DNA of 10,751 nt, taken from the NCBI GenBank assembly GCA_964647565.1, contig CAZYIM010000026.1, positions 1-10,751 on the forward strand. Direction: 5' to 3'. The translations under genes and the position numbers were made by a program. The notes below the pieces were generated by a model that was given only the letters and a program-made list of their open reading frames with translations, did no database searches and was not told the DNA's origin. Shown piece after piece: positions 1-7,334 of the stretch. Position 1 is the stretch's first letter. The number at the start of each line of letters is the position of its first letter. The stretch comes from an uncultured Methanosarcinales archaeon (GTDB lineage: Archaea > Nanobdellota > Nanobdellia > Woesearchaeales > CAZYIM01).

Positions 1-1
1 G

Positions 2-883
2 AAAACGCCGATAGTAAGGCTGAATAAGTTAGTTAGCAAAGACTCAGCTGCAGTCTTTGTAAAACTGGAATCCTTTAATCCAGGAGGTTCAGTGAAAGAT
101 AGGATTGCGCTTAGTATGATCGAAGCTGCAGAGAAAGATGGATCATTAAAGCCAGGAGGTACAATAATTGAGCCGACATCAGGCAATACAGGCATTGGTT
201 TGGCGATGATTGCTGCTGTCAAGGGATATGAAACAGTGTTTACAATGCCTGAAACTATGAGTACAGAAAGAAGAATGCTACTTAAGCAGTTTGGCGCAGA
301 GCTTGTGCTTACTCCAGGAGATAAAGGCATGAAGGGTGCTGTTGAAGAAGCTGAACGTCTTGTCAAAGAGAAAGGATATTTTATGCCTCAGCAATTTTTG
401 AATCCTGCAAATCCAGAAGTCCACAGGAGGACAACTGCACCTGAGATAATTGCTGATCTCGGAAATAGGACTCTTGATTATTTTGTTGCAGGCGTTGGGA
501 CTGGAGGAACTATAAGTGGTGCTGGAGAAATTCTCAAGAGCAAGTATCCTGATCTTAAGGTGATAGCTGTTGAACCAGAAGATTCAGCTGTGTTGTCTGG
601 AGGAAATCCGGGTCCGCATAAAATCCAGGGCATTGGTGCTGGTTTTATTCCTGACGTCTACAACGGGACGTTTGTGGATGAAATAATAAAGGTAAAAAAT
701 GAAGATGCATTTGAAACATCGAAAACATTGGCAAAAGAAGAAGGTATTCTTGCAGGTATATCTTCTGGAGCAAATCTTTGGGCTGCACTCCAGGTTGCTA
801 AGCAAGCAGGTGCTGGAAAAACCATTGTTGTTGTGCTTCCAGATACTGGCGAGAGATATCTAAGCACAAATCTTTTTGGGTGA
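2..883 (+). CDS. cysK: Cysteine synthase A (O-acetylserine sulfhydrylase), 5'-partial
   Basis: The frame is open from position 2 ([34 protein letters not shown]), so the true start lies upstream of the window and the track's GTG at 92 is internal. Motifs: PLP lysine SVKDR, substrate loop EPTSGNTG, phosphate-binding GVGTGGT, CysK-type PHKIQGIG, C-terminal PDTGERYLS. Stop TGA at 881-883 is followed directly by TAG. Confidence 0.96.
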   Translation, partial: KTPIVRLNKLVSKDSAAVFVKLESFNPGGSVKDRIALSMIEAAEKDGSLKPGGTIIEPTSGNTGIGLAMIAAVKGYETVFTMPETMSTERRMLLKQFGAELVLTPGDKGMKGAVEEAERLVKEKGYFMPQQFLNPANPEVHRRTTAPEIIADLGNRTLDYFVAGVGTGGTISGAGEILKSKYPDLKVIAVEPEDSAVLSGGNPGPHKIQGIGAGFIPDVYNGTFVDEIIKVKNEDAFETSKTLAKEEGILAGISSGANLWAALQVAKQAGAGKTIVVVLPDTGERYLSTNLFG

Positions 884-1479
884 TAGCAGTGGAGTGGACC
901 ATAGTAGAAGACATAAAAGCAGTGAAGAGGAATGATCCTGCTGCAAAGAATATAGTGGAGACATTGTTATGTCATACGCCATTACATGCAATATTCTTGC
1001 ACAGGATTGCTCATTTTCTTCACGCCACCTTGAATTTACCAGTACTTCCTCGTTTGATCTCATCCTGGAACAGGTTTTTTACAAGTATTGAGATCCACCC
1101 TGGTGCCAAGATCGGAAAAGCATTTTTTATTGATCATGGAACTGGTGTTGTGATAGGCGAAACTGCAGAGATAGGTGATAATTGCGTGATGTTTCATGCA
1201 GTGACTCTTGGAGGGACAGGACATCATAAAGACAAAAGACACCCTACAATAGGAAATAATGTCCTTATAGGAACCAATGCAACGCTGTTAGGGCCGATAC
1301 GAGTAGGTGATAACGTGAAAATTGGGGCGACTAGTGTTATCATTAACAGAGACATTCCGAATGATTGTACTGTTGTTGGTGATCCTGGCAGGATTGTGAG
1401 AAGAGATGGTAAGCATGTGGATGAACTGTTGCCATTGGCTCACTATCACCCTAAGAACGGTAAGAATGACAAAAAATAA
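880..1479 (+). CDS. cysE: Serine O-acetyltransferase, short form (left-handed beta-helix)
   Basis: Motifs [24 protein letters not shown] and RHPTIG plus hexapeptide repeats. The start is either GTG 880 (GTGA overlap with the cysK stop) or GTG 889, which lies 4 nt after an archaeal-type SD GGGTGAT (878-884). Confidence 0.95.
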   Translation: MIAVEWTIVEDIKAVKRNDPAAKNIVETLLCHTPLHAIFLHRIAHFLHATLNLPVLPRLISSWNRFFTSIEIHPGAKIGKAFFIDHGTGVVIGETAEIGDNCVMFHAVTLGGTGHHKDKRHPTIGNNVLIGTNATLLGPIRVGDNVKIGATSVIINRDIPNDCTVVGDPGRIVRRDGKHVDELLPLAHYHPKNGKNDKK

Positions 1480-1506
1480 AAACTGACCCATAATACGGCT
1501 ATTAGA

Positions 1507-2898
1507 ATGGAATTAAAGTTTTATAACACACTGACAAGGCAAAAAGATGTCTTCAAGCCTATTGTAGCTGGCAAAGTTGGCATTTATTGTTGTGGACCAA
1601 CTGTTTATTTCTTTGCTCATATCGGTAATCTAAGGACTTATGTTTTTGAGGACATACTCAAGAGGGTACTTCTGTATAATGGATTTAAGGTAAATCATGT
1701 CATGAATATCACAGATGTTGGACACTTGACCGATGATGCTGATGACGGTGAGGATAAGGTTGAGAGAGAAGCCAAGAAAGAAGGCAAGACTGTTCATGAA
1801 ATAGCTGAATTTTACACCAATGCCTTTTTCAAGGATACAGACAGGCTTAATATCCTAAGGCCAGATATTACATGTAAGGCCACAGATCATATCTCTGACA
1901 TGATCGGTATGATAAAGCTTAATGAACAGAATGGCCACACTTATATTGCAGATGGTAATGTCTATTATGATATAAGCACATTCCCTGATTATGGCAAGAT
2001 GGCCAAGCTTAAGCTGGAAAACCTGAAGGCAGGGGCTCGGGTGGATGTTGATGAAGGCAAGCGAAATCCCCAGGATTTTGTATTGTGGTTTGTGAAATCT
2101 AAGTTTAAGGATCACATCATGCAATGGGATAGCCCGTGGGGTACAGGATACCCTGGATGGCATATTGAATGTTCTGCCATGAGTTCAAAATACCTTGGAG
2201 AACAAGTTGACATCCATTGCGGGGGTATTGACCATATTCCAATACACCATACCAATGAGATTGCACAATCAGAGGGTGCCTTTGGCAAGAAATGGGTCAA
2301 CTATTGGTTGCATGGGGAGTTCTTGGTCATCAATCAAGGTAGGATGGGCAAGTCAGAAGGTAACTTTATCACTTTGCAGACTGCCATTGAAAAAGGTTTT
2401 GATCCTCTTGATTACAGGTATTTCTTGCTTGGTGCACACTACAAGACACAGCTTAGCTTTAGTTGGGAAGCATTAGAGGGTGCAAAGAATGCATTTTCTG
2501 GTCTTAAAAGTCGCATAATCGAGCTCAAGAAGGATCTGGGCGAGTCTAAAGGTGACATCGGAAAGATTAAAGAGGAGTTCCATGCTTATATCAATGATGA
2601 TATGGACATGCCTAAAGCCTTAGCCCTATTATGGAATGTTGTGAAGAGTGATGAGCTGGGCAACAAGGAGAAATATGCGCTTATTCTTGACTTTGACAAG
2701 ATATTTGGCTTGAGACTTGATGAAGTGGAAGAGGAAAAGTTCGACACACCTGCAGAGGTTGAAGAATTGCTCAAGAAACGTGAAGACGTCAGGAAGAGCA
2801 AGGACTGGGCTGCAGCTGACAAATACAGGGATGAGATAAAAGAAAAAGGCTTTGTCATCTCAGACACTGCCGAAGGTCCAAAGCTGAAGAAGGCTTAG
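1507..2898 (+). CDS. cysS: Cysteinyl-tRNA synthetase (class I)
   Basis: CGPTVY..HIGN (HIGH equivalent), [29 protein letters not shown]...[10 protein letters not shown] (Zn ligands Cys/Cys/His/Glu), RMGKS (KMSKS equivalent) and a C-terminal anticodon domain with WAAADKYRD. Confidence 0.98.
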   Translation: MELKFYNTLTRQKDVFKPIVAGKVGIYCCGPTVYFFAHIGNLRTYVFEDILKRVLLYNGFKVNHVMNITDVGHLTDDADDGEDKVEREAKKEGKTVHEIAEFYTNAFFKDTDRLNILRPDITCKATDHISDMIGMIKLNEQNGHTYIADGNVYYDISTFPDYGKMAKLKLENLKAGARVDVDEGKRNPQDFVLWFVKSKFKDHIMQWDSPWGTGYPGWHIECSAMSSKYLGEQVDIHCGGIDHIPIHHTNEIAQSEGAFGKKWVNYWLHGEFLVINQGRMGKSEGNFITLQTAIEKGFDPLDYRYFLLGAHYKTQLSFSWEALEGAKNAFSGLKSRIIELKKDLGESKGDIGKIKEEFHAYINDDMDMPKALALLWNVVKSDELGNKEKYALILDFDKIFGLRLDEVEEEKFDTPAEVEELLKKREDVRKSKDWAAADKYRDEIKEKGFVISDTAEGPKLKKA

Positions 2899-2936
2899 CA
2901 TTATTTTATCTTATTCATTTGAAAAAGTTTTTATGT

Positions 2937-3257
2937 TTATAATCCTAAATATCTTCTTTTTTTATCATAATACTTATGCTTGTCAAGAAATAATTCAATA
3001 AAATATGAATTTTTTTTCTTTGTTAAAATACTCCTTATTCTGTTATCACCTGATTTATAGATAAACGCTATCAAATTCTTAAATTTTCTACAAGGCTCTG
3101 GTCTGGTTTCTCCAAGCTTGCACCTATTGACCCAGATTAATATTGCATTTTGTTTCTCTTCTGTAAGGTTGTTGACCACTATATTTACATGACCCTCAAA
3201 TTTGACATTCGATTCTAAAATGCGTACAACTTCTATCTTGAATTCTTTAGCATTCAA
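2937..3257 (-). CDS. Small basic protein, putative RelE/HigB-superfamily ribonuclease toxin
   Basis: 106 aa with a TTG start 5 nt after a strong SD GAGGTGAT. The C-terminal half SGDNRIRSIL...YFIELFLDKHKYYDK matches the G-x-N-x-x-R ... H-x-x-Y-D pattern of HigB-type RelE-fold toxins. That it is a real gene is well supported; the family call is inference. Confidence 0.55.
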   Translation of the reverse strand: MNAKEFKIEVVRILESNVKFEGHVNIVVNNLTEEKQNAILIWVNRCKLGETRPEPCRKFKNLIAFIYKSGDNRIRSILTKKKNSYFIELFLDKHKYYDKKRRYLGL

Positions 3258-4137
3258 TTGATATCACCTCTGAAAACGCCTGCATAAGATCGAGATAGTA
3301 GTTTTTATGTTGGTTGTATTCGTTCATTATTTCCTTATAGGACTGTATCATTTCTTTCATCGCAATAACTGCTTTTTTAGGGTTGACGCCAATGACAACT
3401 GCATCCACAAAAATCTTCTTGACTATCTCTTTTGATTTTTTTAATCTGAGAATGGAATCAACCTGCTGCATTAGTTCAAGTGGGCCTGGAAGGGTAGACT
3501 TCCTGATGAACGCAGCCTGAATTATGAAATCCCTAAGAGTGGTTTTTACTCCTTCAAATTCCCTGTCCAAATCAGTGAACAGCTCCTGGTAGAGAGAGAT
3601 AAAGGTGTCAATATTGATATTTTCTTGAATATCATACGATCCTAGTTTTCTATTGGATACACAGAGTTGCTTCAGGCTTGCAAAAAATAAAGAGTGATAT
3701 ACATCTTCTGTAAGATAGTTTATGTGGAATTTTCCTTCATGATAATCATCCTTTTCATATTTTGAAACAACAAATATATCAATATCATTGTACATTTCAT
3801 TATATAAAAAACTACCTGATATTATGACATGTTTATTTTTGAACCTTCTTGAAAATTTTTTCAGGTATTTTATTATCGGGCTTGATCTGCTTTGTTTTAT
3901 CTTTTCCTGTCCATAAATAAATACATTATCTGTTTCTTTTTCCATGATTTTAGTTATTGCTTTCATCTTCCTGGAAATTGTTCTTGAAAACTCGTTTTTT
4001 TCAGAGCGGGTCATTTTCTCGCCAGCGAATTTCTTTTCTATTAAATCAAACTGATGCTCTGTGAATAATACGGGGACAATCTCCTGCTTAATTTCTCTGA
4101 AATGCATTAAATCAATAGAGTAGCCTAATTTTCTCAT
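3247..4137 (-). CDS. Nucleotidyltransferase-domain protein (Pol-beta superfamily, MNT-like core) with N- and C-terminal helical extensions
   Basis: 296 aa. VIISGSFLYNEMYNDIDIFVV gives hG108-S109-x8-D118-x-D120, the Pol-beta NTase signature. The N-terminal segment is basic and helical (LFTEHQFDLIEKK...EKNEFSRTISRKMKAI). It overlaps the downstream ORF by 11 nt. Confidence 0.75.
   Translation of the reverse strand: MRKLGYSIDLMHFREIKQEIVPVLFTEHQFDLIEKKFAGEKMTRSEKNEFSRTISRKMKAITKIMEKETDNVFIYGQEKIKQSRSSPIIKYLKKFSRRFKNKHVIISGSFLYNEMYNDIDIFVVSKYEKDDYHEGKFHINYLTEDVYHSLFFASLKQLCVSNRKLGSYDIQENINIDTFISLYQELFTDLDREFEGVKTTLRDFIIQAAFIRKSTLPGPLELMQQVDSILRLKKSKEIVKKIFVDAVVIGVNPKKAVIAMKEMIQSYKEIMNEYNQHKNYYLDLMQAFSEVISIEC
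3263..3270 (-). promoter_or_regulatory. Shine-Dalgarno site GAGGTGAT for the 106-aa ORF, embedded in the 3' end of the upstream CDS
   Basis: Plus-strand atcacctc at 3263-3270 reads GAGGTGAT on the minus strand, with a 5-nt spacer to TTG at 3257. Confidence 0.8.
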
Positions 4138-4162
4138 AATAATACATATTTGTGTTATTTTA

Positions 4163-4178
4163 TATATAAATTTTTCGG
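4163..4178 (-). promoter_or_regulatory. Archaeal promoter (BRE + TATA) for the NTase/RelE-like pair, probably leaderless or nearly so
   Basis: The minus strand reads CCGAAAAA-TTTATATA. The TATA box starts 33 nt before ATG 4137, and no SD lies between them. Confidence 0.75.
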
Positions 4179-4224
4179 TAAAATTTTTATTTTGAGCATG
4201 CTTGACAGTTACTCTTTATGATTT

Positions 4225-4326
4225 TTAGAAAACTCCTGCAACTTTCAAAATGAGCCACACAAGTATTCAGAATAGAACTACCCGTGCCAGATAATCCCAG
4301 AAAGATTTCTTGGTCAATTTTTTCAT
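4225..4326 (-). pseudogene. Small single-helix membrane protein ORF interrupted by one in-frame TGA
   Basis: Manual translation from ATG 4326 gives MKKLTKKSFWDYLARVVLF-(TGA 4269-4267)-ILVWLILKVAGVF-TAA(4227-4225). A basic N-terminus is followed by a hydrophobic helix that continues in frame across the TGA. Not in the supplied ORF track. Confidence 0.6.
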
Positions 4327-4349
4327 TGATGATTAGTTTGCTAGTTAGG

Positions 4350-4365
4350 TTTTAATATTTTGCGC
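4350..4365 (-). promoter_or_regulatory. Putative BRE + TATA-like promoter for the small membrane ORF
   Basis: The minus strand reads GCGCAAAA-TATTAAAA. The TATA-like box starts 31 nt before ATG 4326, the same geometry as the neighbouring leaderless genes. Confidence 0.5.
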
Positions 4366-4396
4366 TCATATTTCGGAGGCTTTTCGAGAATTATTT

Positions 4397-5155
4397 TTAC
4401 AGAACTGTACTTCTTTTCCAGAACTCCTCGAAATAAACCTTGAATGCATCAGCTATCTCTTGACTTAGTATTTCTATCGTGATCGGGTTTTCAGAACTGA
4501 TGTAAATCATGGTAGTATCCTTATAAATTAGAAAAGACGTTGGTGATTTGATGCTGATTGGCATATATCTGGCTTTGCATCCCTTATATGAAATTCTGTT
4601 AACTAGCACATCTTTCGGGGTTTCTGTGTTAAATAATAGTTTGCACTTTATTCTGGCTCTTATTCGCCTTAGGTGATCTCTCTGCCAGTATAAATGGTGG
4701 CTTCTTGGCTGGTCTTTCGGTATTCCCATGTAATAATATTCTTCTCCTTTCTTGAGTTTGATATATGTATGTTCGTGTGCAGTTGACAGACCATTCATGC
4801 CCTGGTAAACTTTTACGTTTTGGACTTTTTCTTTTGACTCGTAGGCTACTTCAAGTTGCGGCAGGAACTGCTCAAACTCTATTTTCAATTTTTTCAACCC
4901 TTCCTCTTTTTTTAGTAGGTAATCCTTAATCTTGGAAGGTTCAACTGCCTGGAAATGGGTGACATTGTTTTGTTCCACATGAGAAACCAGGCCTTTCTTT
5001 TCCAACTTATCTAGGATACTATATAACTTGGATCTGGAGACTTGGGATTGCTTAGCAATAGGTCCTGTAGATGCGGATCCGAGCTTCAACAGAGCAAGAT
5101 ATGTCTTGATCTCTCCAGGTGTCAGACCTATTTCTTCGAGGATTTTGGTATCCAT
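4397..5155 (-). CDS. TrmB-family transcriptional regulator (N-terminal winged HTH plus C-terminal effector-binding domain)
   Basis: LEEIGLTPGEIKTYLALLKLG...IAKQSQVSRSKLYSILDKLEKKGLV is the TrmB HTH. It is followed by a coiled linker, VKVYQG, and a C-terminal FKVYFEEFWKRS. The start was moved from 5167 to ATG 5155 (MDTKIL, 252 aa) because the TATA box begins 30 nt upstream of 5155 and only 18 nt upstream of 5167. Confidence 0.9.
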   Translation of the reverse strand: MDTKILEEIGLTPGEIKTYLALLKLGSASTGPIAKQSQVSRSKLYSILDKLEKKGLVSHVEQNNVTHFQAVEPSKIKDYLLKKEEGLKKLKIEFEQFLPQLEVAYESKEKVQNVKVYQGMNGLSTAHEHTYIKLKKGEEYYYMGIPKDQPRSHHLYWQRDHLRRIRARIKCKLLFNTETPKDVLVNRISYKGCKARYMPISIKSPTSFLIYKDTTMIYISSENPITIEILSQEIADAFKVYFEEFWKRSTVL

Positions 5156-5177
5156 ATTTAACATCATATTTCTTTAC

Positions 5178-5228
5178 TATATAAATTTTATTATTGTGTC
5201 CCGCCAGGGGGAACACAATATTTATATA
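5178..5228. promoter_or_regulatory. Back-to-back archaeal promoters with a central palindromic operator candidate
   Basis: TTTATATA occurs on the minus strand (5185-5178, toward trmB) and on the plus strand (5221-5228, toward the 367-aa ORF). Between them is a perfect 8-bp inverted repeat, TATTGTGT (5192-5199) / ACACAATA (5213-5220), around a 13-nt GC-rich spacer. Confidence 0.75.
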
Positions 5229-5275
5229 CTTATTTCACCCACATAGTAGTAACATTAAAGAAAGGAGGTGTTCAG

Positions 5276-6379
5276 ATGAACAACATGAATTGTTCGATTA
5301 TGAAAAAAACTTTAGGAAGAAAATTTCGCAGAACAATAGAAGCATACAGATCTTTGTTTAAGGATGAAAAAGACGCTGAAGATGATGGCTACACAGAATA
5401 CTCTACGCCCAAAACAGTTTTTAAAGATGATGATTTGGGTGTCGAAATAATGCGTTATGATGTTTCAATTAACCCTGGCTATGGTTTTGCTATGCTCTAT
5501 GAAAAGGGTTTATTAGTCAAAAGGGAAGATGGAACCATAGCAAAAGGAATATGTGAGAGATGGAGAAATAGTTCTCATGTCTGGCCAAGTATAAAAGGAA
5601 CTGAAACTGTTGTTCTTGATAATGAGCGGTTGATGGCGAATGTTAACTATTCAGATGGCTCTACAGAGATGAAAGATTTGGGAAATCAAGAAGTCTCTAA
5701 AGCTTACATTGTTTTTAGAGAAAATTATAGTTATAATCAATTTATGCAATTTTTGGAAGAAAAAATCTTCCAGGAAGATTTGTTAATTGATTGTATAATT
5801 ACAAAAAAGGGAACTGATATTATAGAAACTGAAGATGTAAAAAACATTCCCTTAGGTTCTTATGTAATCAGTGACGCTGCAGCAATTGAAGCATGCCCTT
5901 CATTATCTGATAAAAATATTATCAGAATCGATGACTTACTGCAAGAATCCTTTGGGCCTGATACTTCTTTTGGATTAAAGATCTCTGCAACTTATTTTAC
6001 AAATAACCCTTCTGAAATTACTATATTTAAACCCTGTTGTGCTGATCATCCTGAAGAACAAAGCGAAATTGAATGCGGGGAGCAGTCAGAAGAGATTTAT
6101 GTTAATTATCTAAAGAAAAAATTGAGTGAAGCATATGGATTATCTCCCGAATCAGTTTCAGTAACTTCAGATCCTGACAACCTGATAGGTCTTAGTTCTG
6201 GACACCTTACTGTCATAGATAGACATGCTTCACACAAAGTTGATGAAGACGTGTATAAGAGAAGTTTAAAGCTGCCATTATATGAAAACTTCTCTTCAAC
6301 AGAAGATAAAAATAAAAGGCTGCATGAGCAATTCGCATCAATTTGTGATTATATATTTAGAAAGCTCAAAGATGAGTAA
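5276..6379 (+). CDS. Hypothetical protein (367 aa, acidic); N-terminal domain apparently shared with the downstream ORF
   Basis: Long ORF with a strong SD AGGAGGTG (5263-5270) 5 nt before the ATG and a TATA box at 5221-5228. No recognisable family motif, signal peptide or transmembrane helix. Confidence 0.85.
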   Translation: MNNMNCSIMKKTLGRKFRRTIEAYRSLFKDEKDAEDDGYTEYSTPKTVFKDDDLGVEIMRYDVSINPGYGFAMLYEKGLLVKREDGTIAKGICERWRNSSHVWPSIKGTETVVLDNERLMANVNYSDGSTEMKDLGNQEVSKAYIVFRENYSYNQFMQFLEEKIFQEDLLIDCIITKKGTDIIETEDVKNIPLGSYVISDAAAIEACPSLSDKNIIRIDDLLQESFGPDTSFGLKISATYFTNNPSEITIFKPCCADHPEEQSEIECGEQSEEIYVNYLKKKLSEAYGLSPESVSVTSDPDNLIGLSSGHLTVIDRHASHKVDEDVYKRSLKLPLYENFSSTEDKNKRLHEQFASICDYIFRKLKDE

Positions 6380-6411
6380 AAAACAACAGACAAAAAACAA
6401 GAGGTGAAAAA

Positions 6412-7317
6412 ATGAACAAAAGTCAATTGGAACAAAAAATAAAACAGAAGTGTAGAACAGGTGACGATATTCGTAAAGGTGGTCATACAACAATAGAGGA
6501 TTTTACGCCTGATAAAGAAGGCTCTGCTGCAGCTTACTCACAAAACAATAAAATAGCTTATGCAAGCAGCAATCTGGGCATGAGTTATTACCAGGGGATA
6601 TCTGTTTCTGATGGAGAAAAAGAAATTGAAATCAAGCCTGTCTTGCTGTGGCGAAACGGAGAGAACCAGGCCCATGACAAGGAAGGTAACAGACACAGCA
6701 TTGATTGTTTTGAAAAAAAAGAGGATGGTAGTTATAGGCTTGTGCTTATAAATGGAAAGAATCAGGTTGATATCATAAATGTTGATCTCAAGGAACAGAA
6801 ATCAAGCATAGTTGAGACATTGGGCCTTGTAGAATACAAAGAGAGAAAGGAAAACAAGACCTGCCTTGAAAAATACGATCTGCTCTCCAAAAAGGCATAT
6901 TTAGACTTAGAAGAAAGAAATCCGACAGGTTTCAATGGGATGGATGTAACCTTCCTGAACATTGTGGATAACACAAAAGAGACAGAGCTAAATCTGTTCA
7001 GTGACAGGAAAAAATGGGAAAAACAGATAGAGAAGATATTCAGCAGGCCAGAAGACTACCTTGTTGTGTTTGAAGGGACAGAATGCCTTTATGGATGTCC
7101 AAAACATCTTGGAGTGTATGTTGGAAGTCCGGTTTCACTGGAAACAAAAAAGATTTTTTCCGAGAAAGCATTTCGTGGTTTTCAAAAAACCTGGATAAAA
7201 TTAAACAACACCCGCCTTGAGATATATGATTCATATGACGGATGGAATAAAAGCATGTTTCCAGTCAAGAGGTTTAATGCATCTGAACTCAAGCAGGAAC
7301 TCGAGTCAAAAGATTAA
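6412..7317 (+). CDS. Hypothetical protein (301 aa); N-terminal domain apparently shared with the upstream ORF
   Basis: Long ORF with SD GAGGTGA (6401-6407) 4 nt before the ATG. The 32-nt gap after the previous stop suggests co-transcription. No recognisable family motif. Confidence 0.85.
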   Translation: MNKSQLEQKIKQKCRTGDDIRKGGHTTIEDFTPDKEGSAAAYSQNNKIAYASSNLGMSYYQGISVSDGEKEIEIKPVLLWRNGENQAHDKEGNRHSIDCFEKKEDGSYRLVLINGKNQVDIINVDLKEQKSSIVETLGLVEYKERKENKTCLEKYDLLSKKAYLDLEERNPTGFNGMDVTFLNIVDNTKETELNLFSDRKKWEKQIEKIFSRPEDYLVVFEGTECLYGCPKHLGVYVGSPVSLETKKIFSEKAFRGFQKTWIKLNNTRLEIYDSYDGWNKSMFPVKRFNASELKQELESKD

Positions 7318-7325
7318 TTTTTTTT
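7318..7325 (+). terminator. Oligo-T tract, putative archaeal terminator
   Basis: T8 directly follows the TAA (7315-7317) of the 301-aa ORF. Confidence 0.5.
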
Positions 7326-7334
7326 ATACTAAAC

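Noticed and set aside
584..2867. Short antisense and alternate-frame ORFs over cysK/cysE/cysS (584..805, 658..867, 860..1063, 1060..1242, 1288..1491, 1855..2163, 2112..2300, 2195..2476, 2586..2867)
   Set aside because: Shadow ORFs of well-conserved genes, with no motifs or independent expression signals.
4192..4205. AGCATGCT palindrome sharing TGAGCAT with the end of the 7335-7514 element
   Set aside because: Too short to separate from chance. It would matter only if a genome-wide search shows GCATGC to be the element's insertion motif.
4267..4269. Genome-wide TGA reassignment (Gly/Trp) or selenocysteine suggested by the in-frame TGA and by TAA dominating the stop codons
   Set aside because: None of the long conserved ORFs needs an internal TGA, Trp and Gly use ordinary codons throughout, and cysK ends at TGA at its expected C-terminus. 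The context is a hydrophobic helix, not a redox motif, and no SECIS-like element was recognised.
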